Source: an uncultured Pelagibacteraceae bacterium (GTDB lineage Bacteria > Pseudomonadota > Alphaproteobacteria > Pelagibacterales > Pelagibacteraceae). Taken from it: a stretch of DNA of 64,000 nucleotides. This document shows positions 1 through 10,127 of the stretch, piece after piece; position 1 is the stretch's first letter; each line of letters begins with the position of its first letter. The notes under the pieces were generated by a model. That model worked only from the letters and a program-made list of their open reading frames with translations, was not told the DNA's origin and did no database searches. The position numbers and the translations under genes are program-made. Where the stretch lies: the NCBI GenBank assembly GCA_902530635.1, contig CACABC010000001.1:66582-130581 (forward strand), written 5' to 3'.

Positions 1-15
1 AAAGTGTTTAATTTA

Positions 16-672
16 TTATTTAGCAGACTGTATAATTTTTTTGATGTTTTGACCAGCATCTCCACTTTCGTAGATTGGTCTACCTATTACGGCGAAGGCT
101 TTATCATCATTTTTTGAGATCTTACAAAACTCAGAGTAACTCATAACTCTTTTCTGGTCATCTTTTTTATCTTCAACACCTCTTATACCAGGACAGAAAA
201 TCTTTAAATCTTTGGATAAAGATCTTACTGATGTATATTCTTGCGCTGACGCAATGATACCACTAAGCTTCGATTTTATTCCTAAGTCTGCTAAAAGTTT
301 TACTTGTTCTTTAGATGCAGACTGCGAAGTCAATATTGTTACACCTAGTAATTCTAAATTATCTGCAGCATCTCTAGCTGCTTTAAGCATATCGTAGCCA
401 CCACTGGTATGAACTGTTAAATATTTTACAGTTTTTAATGATGCGATACTTGCTACAGTTTTTTTTACTGTATTAGGAACGTCATGAACTTTTACATCTA
501 AAAATATTTCAAGGCCAATATTCGCAAGTTTAGATATTCCATCTTTTCCACAAATAGCAAATAATTCATTAGTAATCTTAAGGCCTGCTGCATCACTCTT
601 CACACTTTTAGCAACATCTAGTGCTTTATCAAAACTAGAAAAATCTAAAGCAACAAAAATATTTTTTTTCAA
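16..672 (-). CDS. pyrF: orotidine 5'-phosphate decarboxylase
   Basis: 218 aa. N-terminal VALDF and FLDVKVHDVPNTV (DxKxHDIPNT-type) motifs typical of PyrF. Confidence 0.85.
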   Translation of the reverse strand: MKKNIFVALDFSSFDKALDVAKSVKSDAAGLKITNELFAICGKDGISKLANIGLEIFLDVKVHDVPNTVKKTVASIASLKTVKYLTVHTSGGYDMLKAARDAADNLELLGVTILTSQSASKEQVKLLADLGIKSKLSGIIASAQEYTSVRSLSKDLKIFCPGIRGVEDKKDDQKRVMSYSEFCKISKNDDKAFAVIGRPIYESGDAGQNIKKIIQSAK

Positions 673-971
673 TTTATATTACCCTCATTTTCGTTAATCT
701 TGCTTTTTAATTCTTTCGACATTTTAAAAGATATTGATTTTCTTGCCGGAGTATGAATTTTTTGACCAGTACGAGGATTTCTCGCATTCATTTTTTCTTT
801 AATTTTTTTTAAAGAAAATCTGCCAAAGTTTCTAAGCTCAATACTTTTATGATCTCTTATTCCTTCAACTATTGTCTCAATTAATATGTTAAGAATTTTT
901 TCTAGTTCTGACTTTTTAATTTTTCGGTGGATTTTATCTGATAATTTAGAAATTATCTCAGATCTCACCAT
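669..971 (-). CDS. ihfB: integration host factor beta subunit (HU/IHF family)
   Basis: 100 aa HU/IHF fold (RNFGRF, RNPRTG arm). Conserved cmk-rpsA-ihfB synteny. Confidence 0.8.
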   Translation of the reverse strand: MVRSEIISKLSDKIHRKIKKSELEKILNILIETIVEGIRDHKSIELRNFGRFSLKKIKEKMNARNPRTGQKIHTPARKSISFKMSKELKSKINENEGNIN

Positions 972-977
972 ACTTAA

Positions 978-2723
978 TTAATCCTTATTCTTCTTTTTCT
1001 TTGAGCTAAATACTTTACCTAATATGTCTCCTAGAACACGTCCTGAACTTGTACCATCTTTACCATACTTCTTAATTGCAATTTTCTCGTTATGAATTTC
1101 TAACTCCTTTATAGAAAGATTAACTTTTCTCTTTTCTTTTTCTAGATCTACTATCATACAGTCTGTTCTGTTTCCTACTTGAAAGATTTCTGGACGACAA
1201 GATGCTGGATCAGCACTTAAATGTTTTTTAGGTATTGTTAGTAATAAATTTTTATCGTTTCCAACTGATACTTTGATTCCGTTTTTTAAAACCTCTCTAA
1301 CGGTTACAGTAATAATTTCTTTGTTTTCTTTTTTTGCAAAAAATTCAAAAGGATCCTTTTCATTTAACTGTCTTAAACCTAATCTAATTGTTTCTTTATC
1401 TCTATCAATCATAATTAACTTGGCTTTTATTGGATCATTTTTTTTAAATTTCTTAAGATTTTCTTCCGTCTCTTTATAAGAAATGTCTTTCCAATGAATC
1501 AGTCCAGTCAATTCAGAATTTTCTATTGAAACAAAAAGTCCAAATTCAGCTACATTTTTTATCTTACCTTTAACTACTGATGAAATTGGATAATTTTTTA
1601 TAAAAGAGTCCCAAGGATTTTCCATGGTGTCCTTGTAGCTCATCGAGATTCTTCTTTTTGCTTTATCAAGTTCTAAAATTTTTACCTTAACTTTTTGAGA
1701 AGATGATAATACTTTACTTGGTTGAATATTCTTTTTAGTGTGCGAGAGAGTAGATTGATGACAAAGCCCTTCTAAGCCTTCCTCAACTTTCCCATCAGAA
1801 CCAACCAATTTAATGAATGCACCATAATCAACGACTTTTGAGACAACTCCATCGTATATTTTTCCCACTTCATATTTTTTTTCTAAGTTTTCAAATGGAT
1901 CAGGATGAAGTTGTTTAACACCTAGAGAAATACGTTTTGTTTCAGGGTCTAGCTTTATTACCTTGCATTTAATATTATCTCCTATTGATAAAAGATCAGA
2001 CGGTTTATTGACTCTTGAGTAACTTAAATCTGTTACATGTAAAAGTGCATCAGCTCCCATTACATCTAGAAAAGCACCCCAATCTAAAATTGATTTTACT
2101 TGAGCTGTAACGATATCGCCTTCTTTTATTTTTGATAAGATATTTACTAATTCTTTGTCTCTTGATTTAGTTAAAACAGCCTTACGGGATACAACTATAT
2201 TCCCTCTAACATTATCAATTTTAACACATAAAAATTTTTGAGGTACATTCATTAGAGAGTCCATATTTTTAATTGGTCTAGTGTCAACTTGCGAACCTGG
2301 TAAAAAACATAAACATGAATCGATGTTCACAATGAATCCACCTTTTACTTTATTAGTAATTATACCTTCAACTTCCTCTTGGGTTTCAAAAGCCTTTTGC
2401 ATTCTTTTTAGAGACCCCATTCTTCTTGCTTTTTCTCTACTAACAACAATCTCACCTTTGTAGCTTTCAATTTTTTCTAAATAGACATCTATATTTGACC
2501 CAACTTTTAAATTATCCAACTCTTTTGCAGATTTAAATTCTTCTGTAGCAATTGATCCTTCAAATTTGCTTCCTGGTATTTCACATAAAACAAATTTTTT
2601 TCCGATTTCAGATACTTTTGCTTTAATTATTGTTGATTCTTTAATAGAATTTTTTTTAAATGACTCTTCTAATAGAGCCTTAAATTCCTGAACATCTTTT
2701 TTTTCAATTGTTTCTGTTTCCAT
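978..2723 (-). CDS. rpsA: 30S ribosomal protein S1
   Basis: 581 aa with repeated S1 domains (G.I..G.V..I..G.FV..). Lies downstream of cmk. Confidence 0.95.
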   Translation of the reverse strand: METETIEKKDVQEFKALLEESFKKNSIKESTIIKAKVSEIGKKFVLCEIPGSKFEGSIATEEFKSAKELDNLKVGSNIDVYLEKIESYKGEIVVSREKARRMGSLKRMQKAFETQEEVEGIITNKVKGGFIVNIDSCLCFLPGSQVDTRPIKNMDSLMNVPQKFLCVKIDNVRGNIVVSRKAVLTKSRDKELVNILSKIKEGDIVTAQVKSILDWGAFLDVMGADALLHVTDLSYSRVNKPSDLLSIGDNIKCKVIKLDPETKRISLGVKQLHPDPFENLEKKYEVGKIYDGVVSKVVDYGAFIKLVGSDGKVEEGLEGLCHQSTLSHTKKNIQPSKVLSSSQKVKVKILELDKAKRRISMSYKDTMENPWDSFIKNYPISSVVKGKIKNVAEFGLFVSIENSELTGLIHWKDISYKETEENLKKFKKNDPIKAKLIMIDRDKETIRLGLRQLNEKDPFEFFAKKENKEIITVTVREVLKNGIKVSVGNDKNLLLTIPKKHLSADPASCRPEIFQVGNRTDCMIVDLEKEKRKVNLSIKELEIHNEKIAIKKYGKDGTSSGRVLGDILGKVFSSKKKKNKD

Positions 2724-3377
2724 CTATATATTTAGCTTTTTATCTATTATTTTTTTAACTTTTAAAAAGCTCCCTTTTATAGATAAGTTGGTAGTATTTA
2801 TCAAGGTAGAATCCTTTGTTTTTTTAAGCTTAGAATAACGTCTAGATCGATCTTCCAAGTCCCTACGTTTTAAATTTTTAAGAATCTTTGAATATGTAAC
2901 TTTTTTACCAAGTTTTTTTAGTTCTTTAAATCTTCTCTTTGCTCTTTCCGTCACGCTTGCTGTTACATAAAACTTGAAATCTGCATCCTTTACAATCTTA
3001 GAATTAATATCCCTACCATCTAAAATTGAACCATTAAATTTTTTAGGTGGTCTATAAGCTAAATCTTTTTGAAATTTTACCACTAATTTTCTTACTCTTA
3101 AATCTTTCGCAATTTGTGATGCTATATAAGCCACATCATCTGTCAGTAAATTTTTGTTATTTAATTTTTTAAGGTTAATTTTCTTACTTATTTTTTTAAG
3201 AAATTTTATTTTATCTAGAGGTTTTTTCTCAATAATTTGTTTGGCCATGTACCTATAAATTTTTCCAGTGTCGCAATATAGCAAATTATAATTTTTTGCT
3301 AACATTTTTGATATAGTTCCAGCACCTGCAGCACTAGGAGAGTCAATGCCTATCTTAATTTTTTTTTTTAATTTCAA
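2724..3377 (-). CDS. cmk: cytidylate kinase (atypical P-loop)
   Basis: 217 aa. Cmk motifs CDTGKIYRY, LDGRDI, TASVTERAKRR. The P-loop reads SPSAAGAGT instead of GPxGxGKGT. Confidence 0.8.
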   Translation of the reverse strand: MKLKKKIKIGIDSPSAAGAGTISKMLAKNYNLLYCDTGKIYRYMAKQIIEKKPLDKIKFLKKISKKINLKKLNNKNLLTDDVAYIASQIAKDLRVRKLVVKFQKDLAYRPPKKFNGSILDGRDINSKIVKDADFKFYVTASVTERAKRRFKELKKLGKKVTYSKILKNLKRRDLEDRSRRYSKLKKTKDSTLINTTNLSIKGSFLKVKKIIDKKLNI

Positions 3378-4710
3378 ATTTTCCTCCTAATCTTGAAATT
3401 GTTGATAAGAAATTTGGACAACTTGTTTTTACTTGCTCAAAATTTTTAAGTTGAGTTTTAATACCACTGATCAAACCTAAAATGGATGCAGAAATTAATA
3501 TTCTGTGGTCAAGAACCCCTGAAACAGAAATTTTTTTATTTTTTATGTTTAAATTAGAATTTCCGTAAATTTTAATATAATTTTTTGATGATTGAGTTTT
3601 TATTCCAATTTGTTTACAAATTTTTTCCATCTCTTTGATACGATTGCTTTCTTTATTAGCTAAATCTTCTATACCCTTAAAAATTGAAGTACCAGGTAAA
3701 AAGCATGCCATACCCATCATTATCGGATATTCATCTTGGCAACTTACGAATTGATTCTCGGCAACTTTTAAAGGCTTTATTCTGCTACTATGCACATGAA
3801 TATCGGCAACTATTTCATTACCTTGTATTTTTTTGTTTTTAAAACTTATCTTACCGTTATGTTTTTTAATTATATTAAAAAAACCAATACGAGTAGGATT
3901 TATATGAACTTTTTTTAATATAATTTTTGAATTTTTATTTAAAAGGCAAAGTGCAGCATAAAAACTTGCAGATGATGGGTCTCCTGGAACAGATAAATTT
4001 ATTGGATTTAACTTTTCTCGACCTTTAATCTCAATAATATTTTGTTTACCTTTTTTTAATTTAATAACATTTCTGTTATGTATAAGCATTTTTTCGGTAT
4101 GATCTCTGCTTTTTATTTTTTCAACTATTGTAGTTTTGCCATACGAATTTATTCCAGCAAGCATAACAGCAGATTTAATTTGACTTGAAATACCTGCATC
4201 GAATTTAATTCCAATTGGCATTGAGGAAGAAACTAAAGTTAAAGGAAAATGAAATTTATTTTTTGGTATAATCTCAGCACCAAATTGCTCCATTACTTTT
4301 ATAATTTTAAACATACTTCTTTTGCTTAAGCTTTTATCACCAGTCAACCTTACTTGAAGATCTGGGTTGGTACTGCAAGCTCCAAAACCTAATAATCTTG
4401 CAGCAGTTCCTGAATTACCAAAATTCAATACAGTATTTTTTTTGCAATAAAAACTTCCAAGACCTTTTCCGTAAATCTTATATTCTCCAGTTTTAACTTT
4501 TTGAATTCTGCAACCTAATTTTCTGAGAGCTGAAATGGTGCTAAATATATCCTCTGACATCAAGGCATTTTTAACCACTGAAACACCCTCAGAGATTGAT
4601 CCAATAATAAAACTTCTTTGAGAAATTGATTTGTCGGAGTCGACTATAATACTCTTATTAAAACTTTTAATTTTTTTTCTAAAAGTTACAGAAATATGTT
4701 CTTGTGCCAT
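3355..4710 (-). CDS. aroA: 3-phosphoshikimate 1-carboxyvinyltransferase (EPSP synthase)
   Basis: 451 aa. DKSISQR and GNSGTAARLL motifs. Overlaps cmk by 23 nt. Confidence 0.9.
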   Translation of the reverse strand: MAQEHISVTFRKKIKSFNKSIIVDSDKSISQRSFIIGSISEGVSVVKNALMSEDIFSTISALRKLGCRIQKVKTGEYKIYGKGLGSFYCKKNTVLNFGNSGTAARLLGFGACSTNPDLQVRLTGDKSLSKRSMFKIIKVMEQFGAEIIPKNKFHFPLTLVSSSMPIGIKFDAGISSQIKSAVMLAGINSYGKTTIVEKIKSRDHTEKMLIHNRNVIKLKKGKQNIIEIKGREKLNPINLSVPGDPSSASFYAALCLLNKNSKIILKKVHINPTRIGFFNIIKKHNGKISFKNKKIQGNEIVADIHVHSSRIKPLKVAENQFVSCQDEYPIMMGMACFLPGTSIFKGIEDLANKESNRIKEMEKICKQIGIKTQSSKNYIKIYGNSNLNIKNKKISVSGVLDHRILISASILGLISGIKTQLKNFEQVKTSCPNFLSTISRLGGKFEIKKKN

Positions 4711-4715
4711 ATTCT

Positions 4716-5471
4716 TTAACTGTCAAAAGAACCAAAATATAATTCCCTTGCTTTTGTAGATTGTAAAATATCTTTTGGTTTGCCTTCAGCTATTATAGTG
4801 TGTTCACCTATTACAGTAGCTCGATCACAAATTTGAAATAAATTCTGTATAGAGTGTTCTGTTATAATAATACCACATCCATATGCTTGTAGTTTTAAAA
4901 TATATTTTTGAATATCTTGAACAATAATTGGATCTAACGCTGCTAACGGTTCATCCAATAAAATAACTTTTGGATTATTAATTAATGTTCTTGCAATCTG
5001 TAAACGTCTCACTTCACCACCTGATAACACAGAACTATTCAAGCTACGTAAGTGTTCTAATTGAAATTCACTCAATAATTTTTCAACAATTTCTTTTTGT
5101 TTTTGCTCATTTTTTATTGAAAGCTGACATATTCCCATAAGATTGTCGTACACACTCATATTAAAGACATTTCGATATTGACTTAAGTAGGCAATTCCAA
5201 GTTTTGCTCTTTCATGAATAGGTTTTTCAGTAATGTCTTTTGAACCTAAAAATATGGCTCCAGAATCTACTCTTGTCTGGCCGATTATGAGATTAAAGAG
5301 AGTAGTTTTTCCCGAACCATTAGGCCCAACCAAACCAAGTATTTCACCAGGAGAAACTTCCAGGTTTATTTTTTTCAAAACAGGTCTACCGCTAAAAGAT
5401 TTGCTTACACTTTTGATTTGCAGAGCAGGTCGGTTTTTTTTAAATTTAATTATTCTGAATTTTTTTTTCAT
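4716..5471 (-). CDS. lptB: LPS export ABC transporter ATP-binding protein
   Basis: 251 aa ABC ATPase (GPNGSGKTT, LSGGE, LLDEP). Position downstream of kdsD and an OstA-like gene. Confidence 0.85.
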   Translation of the reverse strand: MKKKFRIIKFKKNRPALQIKSVSKSFSGRPVLKKINLEVSPGEILGLVGPNGSGKTTLFNLIIGQTRVDSGAIFLGSKDITEKPIHERAKLGIAYLSQYRNVFNMSVYDNLMGICQLSIKNEQKQKEIVEKLLSEFQLEHLRSLNSSVLSGGEVRRLQIARTLINNPKVILLDEPLAALDPIIVQDIQKYILKLQAYGCGIIITEHSIQNLFQICDRATVIGEHTIIAEGKPKDILQSTKARELYFGSFDS

Positions 5472-6053
5472 CTAAAACTTTGTTTTAATATTTACTCTTT
5501 CTTTACTATACATACTTATCTTTAAATTTTTAGTATTTAAATCAAAATCTAACTCATCTGCTTCTAATTTCGACTGAGGATTTTCCCCCTTAACATTACC
5601 AGCAACCAGCATTTGATTTTCATAATTATTAAATATTGCTCGGTCTGAAAACAAAACATTTTCTAAATAATTCATTTTAACGTTGTCTGAAAATTTCATA
5701 TCATTAGTAATGTTATTAAACACTCCTTTATCAGCAATAATTGTTAAAAATGTGTTATCTTTAAAATAAAAAGTACATTTTAATACTTCCATATTTATTA
5801 TTTCAGGTCTTTCTTGTTCAAATTGCGCGAATTCTGATCCTATAACAAATCTATTCCCAGAGTTATCAACTCCTTGATATTCGACGTTTTCAAATTTATT
5901 AATTTCTTCCTCACTAAAATCTTCTTTAACAATCTCTTGTTTCTCTTCAATATTTTGTTTTACATCAACACTTTTAAAAAAATAAGTAAAAAAAATAACA
6001 AATATTGCTGTAAGAATTAAACCCACTTGAAAAAATTTTCTTTTAGCTAGCAT
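5472..6053 (-). CDS. LptC-like (OstA-fold) membrane-anchored LPS export protein
   Basis: 193 aa with a single N-terminal TM helix. Synteny between kdsD and lptB. The LptC versus LptA assignment is an inference. Confidence 0.5.
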   Translation of the reverse strand: MLAKRKFFQVGLILTAIFVIFFTYFFKSVDVKQNIEEKQEIVKEDFSEEEINKFENVEYQGVDNSGNRFVIGSEFAQFEQERPEIINMEVLKCTFYFKDNTFLTIIADKGVFNNITNDMKFSDNVKMNYLENVLFSDRAIFNNYENQMLVAGNVKGENPQSKLEADELDFDLNTKNLKISMYSKERVNIKTKF

Positions 6054-6056
6054 AGT

Positions 6057-7040
6057 TTACCTCATACCATATTTTAATAATGAATGGATATGTAGAATTC
6101 CTTTTGGTTTGAACATTGCTTTCTTTTTTTCATAATCTAAATCGGAAGATACTATTAAACTTGTAATTTTTTTATCATTCATTATCGAAAGTGCTTTAGC
6201 TGCCGAAACACTTTCACCGATATAAAAAGGTTTTTTGGACATTAAAGTTGTAATTTTTGTTTTCTTTGAATAATTTCTAGCTCCTCTTCTAATATCTCCA
6301 TCTGTAACTATACCAATAACTTTTTTATTTTTAGCAACAATACCGATTCCTAAATTTTTTTTACTAATTATTTTTACTGCACTAACTATGTTATTACTAA
6401 AATTAATTAGAGGAATTTTATTTCCAGTTAACATAACATCTTTTACTAATAATAGCGCTCTCCCTAAATTTCCTCCAGGATGGTAAACTTTAAATCTTTC
6501 TTTGGTAAATTTTTGTTTAGTTAATAGCGCAGACATTAAACAATCGCCTAACAATAAAGTAATTGATGTACTTGAGCTAGGCACCATACCTATTGGGTCA
6601 GCTTCTTTTACTTTTGGAAGCATAAGAGGAATATCACTTGCCTTTATTAGAATGCTATCTTTTTCAGATGCAATTCCTATAACTTTAATTCCAAATCTAT
6701 TTGCGTATTTTAATAAGCTAGTTAACTCTGATGTGTTACCAGAATAAGAAAAGACAATTAATATATCTCTTTTATCTATTTGACCTAGATCTCCGTGAAT
6801 AGCTGAATTTGGATCTAGAAAAAAAGAACTTATGCCAACAGAAGATAGAGAGGCACTAACTTTTCGAGCAATTAATCCTGATTTTCCAATTCCAGAACAA
6901 ACTACCTTACCTTTAGTTTTATGAATAGCTTCTACTGACTTTACAAAATTTTGATTAAAAGTCTTATTAATTTTTTTTAATTCTCTTATTTGAATGCTTG
7001 CAGACTTTTTTGCTATCTTTATAAAATTTATTTTAGCCAT
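6057..7040 (-). CDS. kdsD: arabinose-5-phosphate isomerase (KpsF/GutQ family, SIS + CBS domains)
   Basis: 327 aa. SIS motif GIGKSG, C-terminal CBS pair. Synteny with lptB. Confidence 0.85.
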   Translation of the reverse strand: MAKINFIKIAKKSASIQIRELKKINKTFNQNFVKSVEAIHKTKGKVVCSGIGKSGLIARKVSASLSSVGISSFFLDPNSAIHGDLGQIDKRDILIVFSYSGNTSELTSLLKYANRFGIKVIGIASEKDSILIKASDIPLMLPKVKEADPIGMVPSSSTSITLLLGDCLMSALLTKQKFTKERFKVYHPGGNLGRALLLVKDVMLTGNKIPLINFSNNIVSAVKIISKKNLGIGIVAKNKKVIGIVTDGDIRRGARNYSKKTKITTLMSKKPFYIGESVSAAKALSIMNDKKITSLIVSSDLDYEKKKAMFKPKGILHIHSLLKYGMR

Positions 7041-7663
7041 TAATGTTCAAATATATCAAATTTAAATCCGGACTGGTCTAATTCGATTCTTGTATCTAAA
7101 AAAGTTATACAATTTTTATATAATTCCATCCTGTTTTCTCTCTTAAGCATTTTTTCTAATTCATCTTTAATTTTGTGTAAGAAAATTACATCATTTGCTG
7201 CATACTCTAATTGTTTATCAGTTAGTTCGTTTATATTTTTATTCCAATCACTACTTCCAGCTCTTTTATCTAAATTCTTATTACAAAATTCATAAACTAA
7301 ATTTTTTAAACCGTGCTGGTCGGTATAGGTTCTAACAACTTTACTTGCAATTTTTGTATCGAAAATATTCTTAATTTTACATTTAAGAAAAAACTCTAGA
7401 GCGTTTTTGTCAAATCTTAAAAAGTGACCTATCTTTAAAATTTTTTCATCCTCAAGTATTGAAACTAAATTTGGTGCTTTGTAAGTTTTTCTGTCAGGTT
7501 GAATTACGTAAACATTTCCAGAACCATCACATAACTGAATTAGGCTTAACTTATCCCTTTCGGGTATCTTCAATCCAGTTGCCTCAGTGTCTATTGCAAC
7601 ACTACCTTTGATTTTTGCGACAATTTCTTTAGGCAAATCGTTTGAAAATTTATTTATCTTCAT
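7040..7663 (-). CDS. RNase D-like DEDD 3'-5' exonuclease
   Basis: 207 aa. AIDTEATGL exo I motif and YAANDV exo III motif. Confidence 0.7.
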   Translation of the reverse strand: MKINKFSNDLPKEIVAKIKGSVAIDTEATGLKIPERDKLSLIQLCDGSGNVYVIQPDRKTYKAPNLVSILEDEKILKIGHFLRFDKNALEFFLKCKIKNIFDTKIASKVVRTYTDQHGLKNLVYEFCNKNLDKRAGSSDWNKNINELTDKQLEYAANDVIFLHKIKDELEKMLKRENRMELYKNCITFLDTRIELDQSGFKFDIFEH

Positions 7664-7681
7664 ATACTCATTCTAATTAAC

Positions 7682-8629
7682 ATGAATAATTACCCTGTCA
7701 CAGTAATTTTTGGTGGAGGTGGCTTTATTGGACGATATTTAACGCGCGTATTAACTAAAAAAAACCACCGCTTAATAATTCCAACTAGAAAACCATTCCA
7801 AAAAGTTTACCTAAAAACCCAGGCACCTCCTGGCCACATAGAATTAATAGATTTTAATCCTGGCAATTTTTCGGCAATGAAAGAAGCAATAGAAAATGCA
7901 GATTATGTAATAAATTTATGTGGTATTTTATTTGAAAATAGAAATCAAAAATTTCATAGCATTCATGTAGACATTCCAGAAAGTATTGCAAAACTCTGCT
8001 CACAATCAAATGTAAAAAAATTTATTCACGTTTCAGCTATAGGTGCAAACAAAGACTCAAAATCAAAATACCAACAATCTAAATTTTTAGGTGAAGAAAA
8101 GGCCTTAAATAATTTTGATAAGACGGTTATTATAAGACCTAGTGTTGTGATTGGTAATGAAGATAATTTTACAAATTTATTTGCTAAATTAAGTCTTTCT
8201 CCAATAATCCCTGTAGTGAACGTTAATTATAAATTTGAACCAATTTTTGTAAATGATGTAGCAAGAGCAATTTTAAAATCTATTGAAACAAAAAATAATG
8301 AAGGAAAAATTTATGAAATTGGTGGTGGCAGAGTAATTAGTTTTGGCGATATGATAAAACTAATTTTAAGTACAATTGGAAAAAAAAGAATGGTTGCTGA
8401 TGTTCCAATGACTTTAGCAAAAATTCAAAGTTCGCTTTTAGGTATTTTACCTATTGATCCAATTATAACAAAAGATCAATGTTTAATACTTTCTGAAAAA
8501 GATAATGTGGTATCGGGAGATCATTTAACTTTAAAAGACTTGAATATCAAACCCTCTGACATTGAAAAAGAAATGGAAAAGTGGTTATGGCGATATCGAT
8601 CAGGCGGAGAATTTGCTAAGACTTCATAA
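7682..8629 (+). CDS. NAD(P)-dependent epimerase/dehydratase family protein (NDUFA9/39-kDa-subunit-like)
   Basis: 315 aa. N-terminal Rossmann GGGGFIGRYL. Length and C-terminal region resemble the complex I 39-kDa-like family common in alphaproteobacteria. Confidence 0.65.
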   Translation: MNNYPVTVIFGGGGFIGRYLTRVLTKKNHRLIIPTRKPFQKVYLKTQAPPGHIELIDFNPGNFSAMKEAIENADYVINLCGILFENRNQKFHSIHVDIPESIAKLCSQSNVKKFIHVSAIGANKDSKSKYQQSKFLGEEKALNNFDKTVIIRPSVVIGNEDNFTNLFAKLSLSPIIPVVNVNYKFEPIFVNDVARAILKSIETKNNEGKIYEIGGGRVISFGDMIKLILSTIGKKRMVADVPMTLAKIQSSLLGILPIDPIITKDQCLILSEKDNVVSGDHLTLKDLNIKPSDIEKEMEKWLWRYRSGGEFAKTS

Positions 8630-8763
8630 ATTAAACCTACAGTAGAAAAAATATAATATATCATCAATTATTAATAGAATTGTTATTATAACGAACAGTT
8701 TGCATCTTTACACATATCTAATTTTCTAATCTTATATTGTTATTAATAATAAGTGGGGGAAAC

Positions 8764-10074
8764 ATGAAAAACATGCGAAAAATTTTAGCTGCACTTTTAA
8801 TAACTTTATTTGTTAGCTCAAGTGCATATGCTAAAGTTGAAATACAATGGTGGCATGCATTCGGTGGACGTTTAGGTGAACTTCTAAATGAACAAGTCGA
8901 AAAGTTTAATGCAAGCCAAAACAAGTACACAGTTGTACATACTAGAAAAGGTAACTACTCAGAAACTCTTAATGCTGGAATAGCTGCATTCAGAGCTGGA
9001 CAACATCCAAATATATTAATGGTGTTCGAGGTCGGTACTGCCAGTTTGATGGCAGCTAAAGGAGCTTATGTTCCTATGTACCAACTTATGAAAGACGCTG
9101 GTCAAAAATTTAATCCAAAAGGATTCGTGTCGGCGGTAAGTGGATACTATACGACTACAGATGGCAAAATGTTATCTATGCCATATAACTCTTCAACACC
9201 TGTTCTTTGGGTTAATAAAGATTTAATGAAAAAAGCAGGTTTAGATCCAGAAATGGATTTAAGCACATGGAAAAGAGTTGGAAACGCACTTGATGCTGCT
9301 AAGGCAAAAGGTATTGGTATGCCTTTTTGTACTTGTTGGCACAGTTGGGTCCACCTTGAGAATTTTTCAGCTTATCACAATATACCATTCGCGACTAAAG
9401 CTAATGGATTTGGTGGTTTAGATACTGAATTAACTTTCAATAGTCCAGTGCATATCAAACACATCCAAACTTTAGGTAAATGGGCTCAAGAAGGTAAATT
9501 TACTTACATGGGAAGAAGAAACGAAGCAGGTAAAAATTTCAGAGCTGGTGAATGTATGTTAATGACAGAATCATCTGCAGGTTATGCTGGAATTAAAAAA
9601 GCTGCCAAGTTCGAGTTTGGTATCAGACACTTACCTTACTACGGCGGAACAAAGGCACCTCAGAACACTATAATCGGAGGTTCATCTTTATGGGCTCTTT
9701 CAGGAAAATCTGCTGAAGAGAACAAAGGTACTGCTGCATTTTTAGCTTTCCTATCAGGAACTGATATTCAAGCTAAATGGCACCAAGATACTGGTTATCT
9801 AGGTGTTACAACGGCTGCCGCTAAAAAAACTAAAAGTTCAGGTTTCTACAAAAAAAATCCTGGAACTGATTTAGCTGGAGTACAGATGATGAGAAATAAA
9901 GTTACTCAAAACTCTAAAGGCTTACGTCTTGGATCTTTTGATCAGATAAGAGGAATTATCGATGAAGAGATGGAAGGAGTTTACAGTGGTAAAAAAACTG
10001 CTCAAGTAGCTTTAGATAGCGCTGTAAGAAGAGGAAACGTTCTTTTAAGAAGATTTGAAAGAGCAAACAAATAA
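8764..10074 (+). CDS. ugpB: sn-glycerol-3-phosphate ABC transporter substrate-binding protein
   Basis: Signal peptide MKNMRKILAALLITLFVSSSAYA. Family 1 SBP followed by ugpAEC. I prefer the ATG at 8764, preceded by GGGGGA, over the ORF-track start at 8737. Confidence 0.85.
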   Translation: MKNMRKILAALLITLFVSSSAYAKVEIQWWHAFGGRLGELLNEQVEKFNASQNKYTVVHTRKGNYSETLNAGIAAFRAGQHPNILMVFEVGTASLMAAKGAYVPMYQLMKDAGQKFNPKGFVSAVSGYYTTTDGKMLSMPYNSSTPVLWVNKDLMKKAGLDPEMDLSTWKRVGNALDAAKAKGIGMPFCTCWHSWVHLENFSAYHNIPFATKANGFGGLDTELTFNSPVHIKHIQTLGKWAQEGKFTYMGRRNEAGKNFRAGECMLMTESSAGYAGIKKAAKFEFGIRHLPYYGGTKAPQNTIIGGSSLWALSGKSAEENKGTAAFLAFLSGTDIQAKWHQDTGYLGVTTAAAKKTKSSGFYKKNPGTDLAGVQMMRNKVTQNSKGLRLGSFDQIRGIIDEEMEGVYSGKKTAQVALDSAVRRGNVLLRRFERANK

Positions 10075-10085
10075 ATCATTTTAAT

Positions 10086-10108
10086 ACTAGGGGCCTAAAA
10101 AGCCCCTG
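10086..10108 (+). terminator. GC-rich hairpin after ugpB (intra-operon attenuator/terminator)
   Basis: CTAGGGGC-ctaaaaa-GCCCCTGG, an 8-bp stem including one G-U pair, followed by T-rich tataatttat. Lies between the SBP and permease genes. Confidence 0.5.
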
Positions 10109-10127
10109 GTATAATTTATAAAATCAA

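Noticed and set aside
8630-8763. I looked for a Pho box upstream of ugpB. I also noted a 10-bp direct repeat of ATTGTTATTA, copies about 55 nt apart.
   Set aside because: There is no CTGTCAT-type direct repeat. The 10-mer is pure A/T-rich sequence, and a chance recurrence is plausible at this composition.
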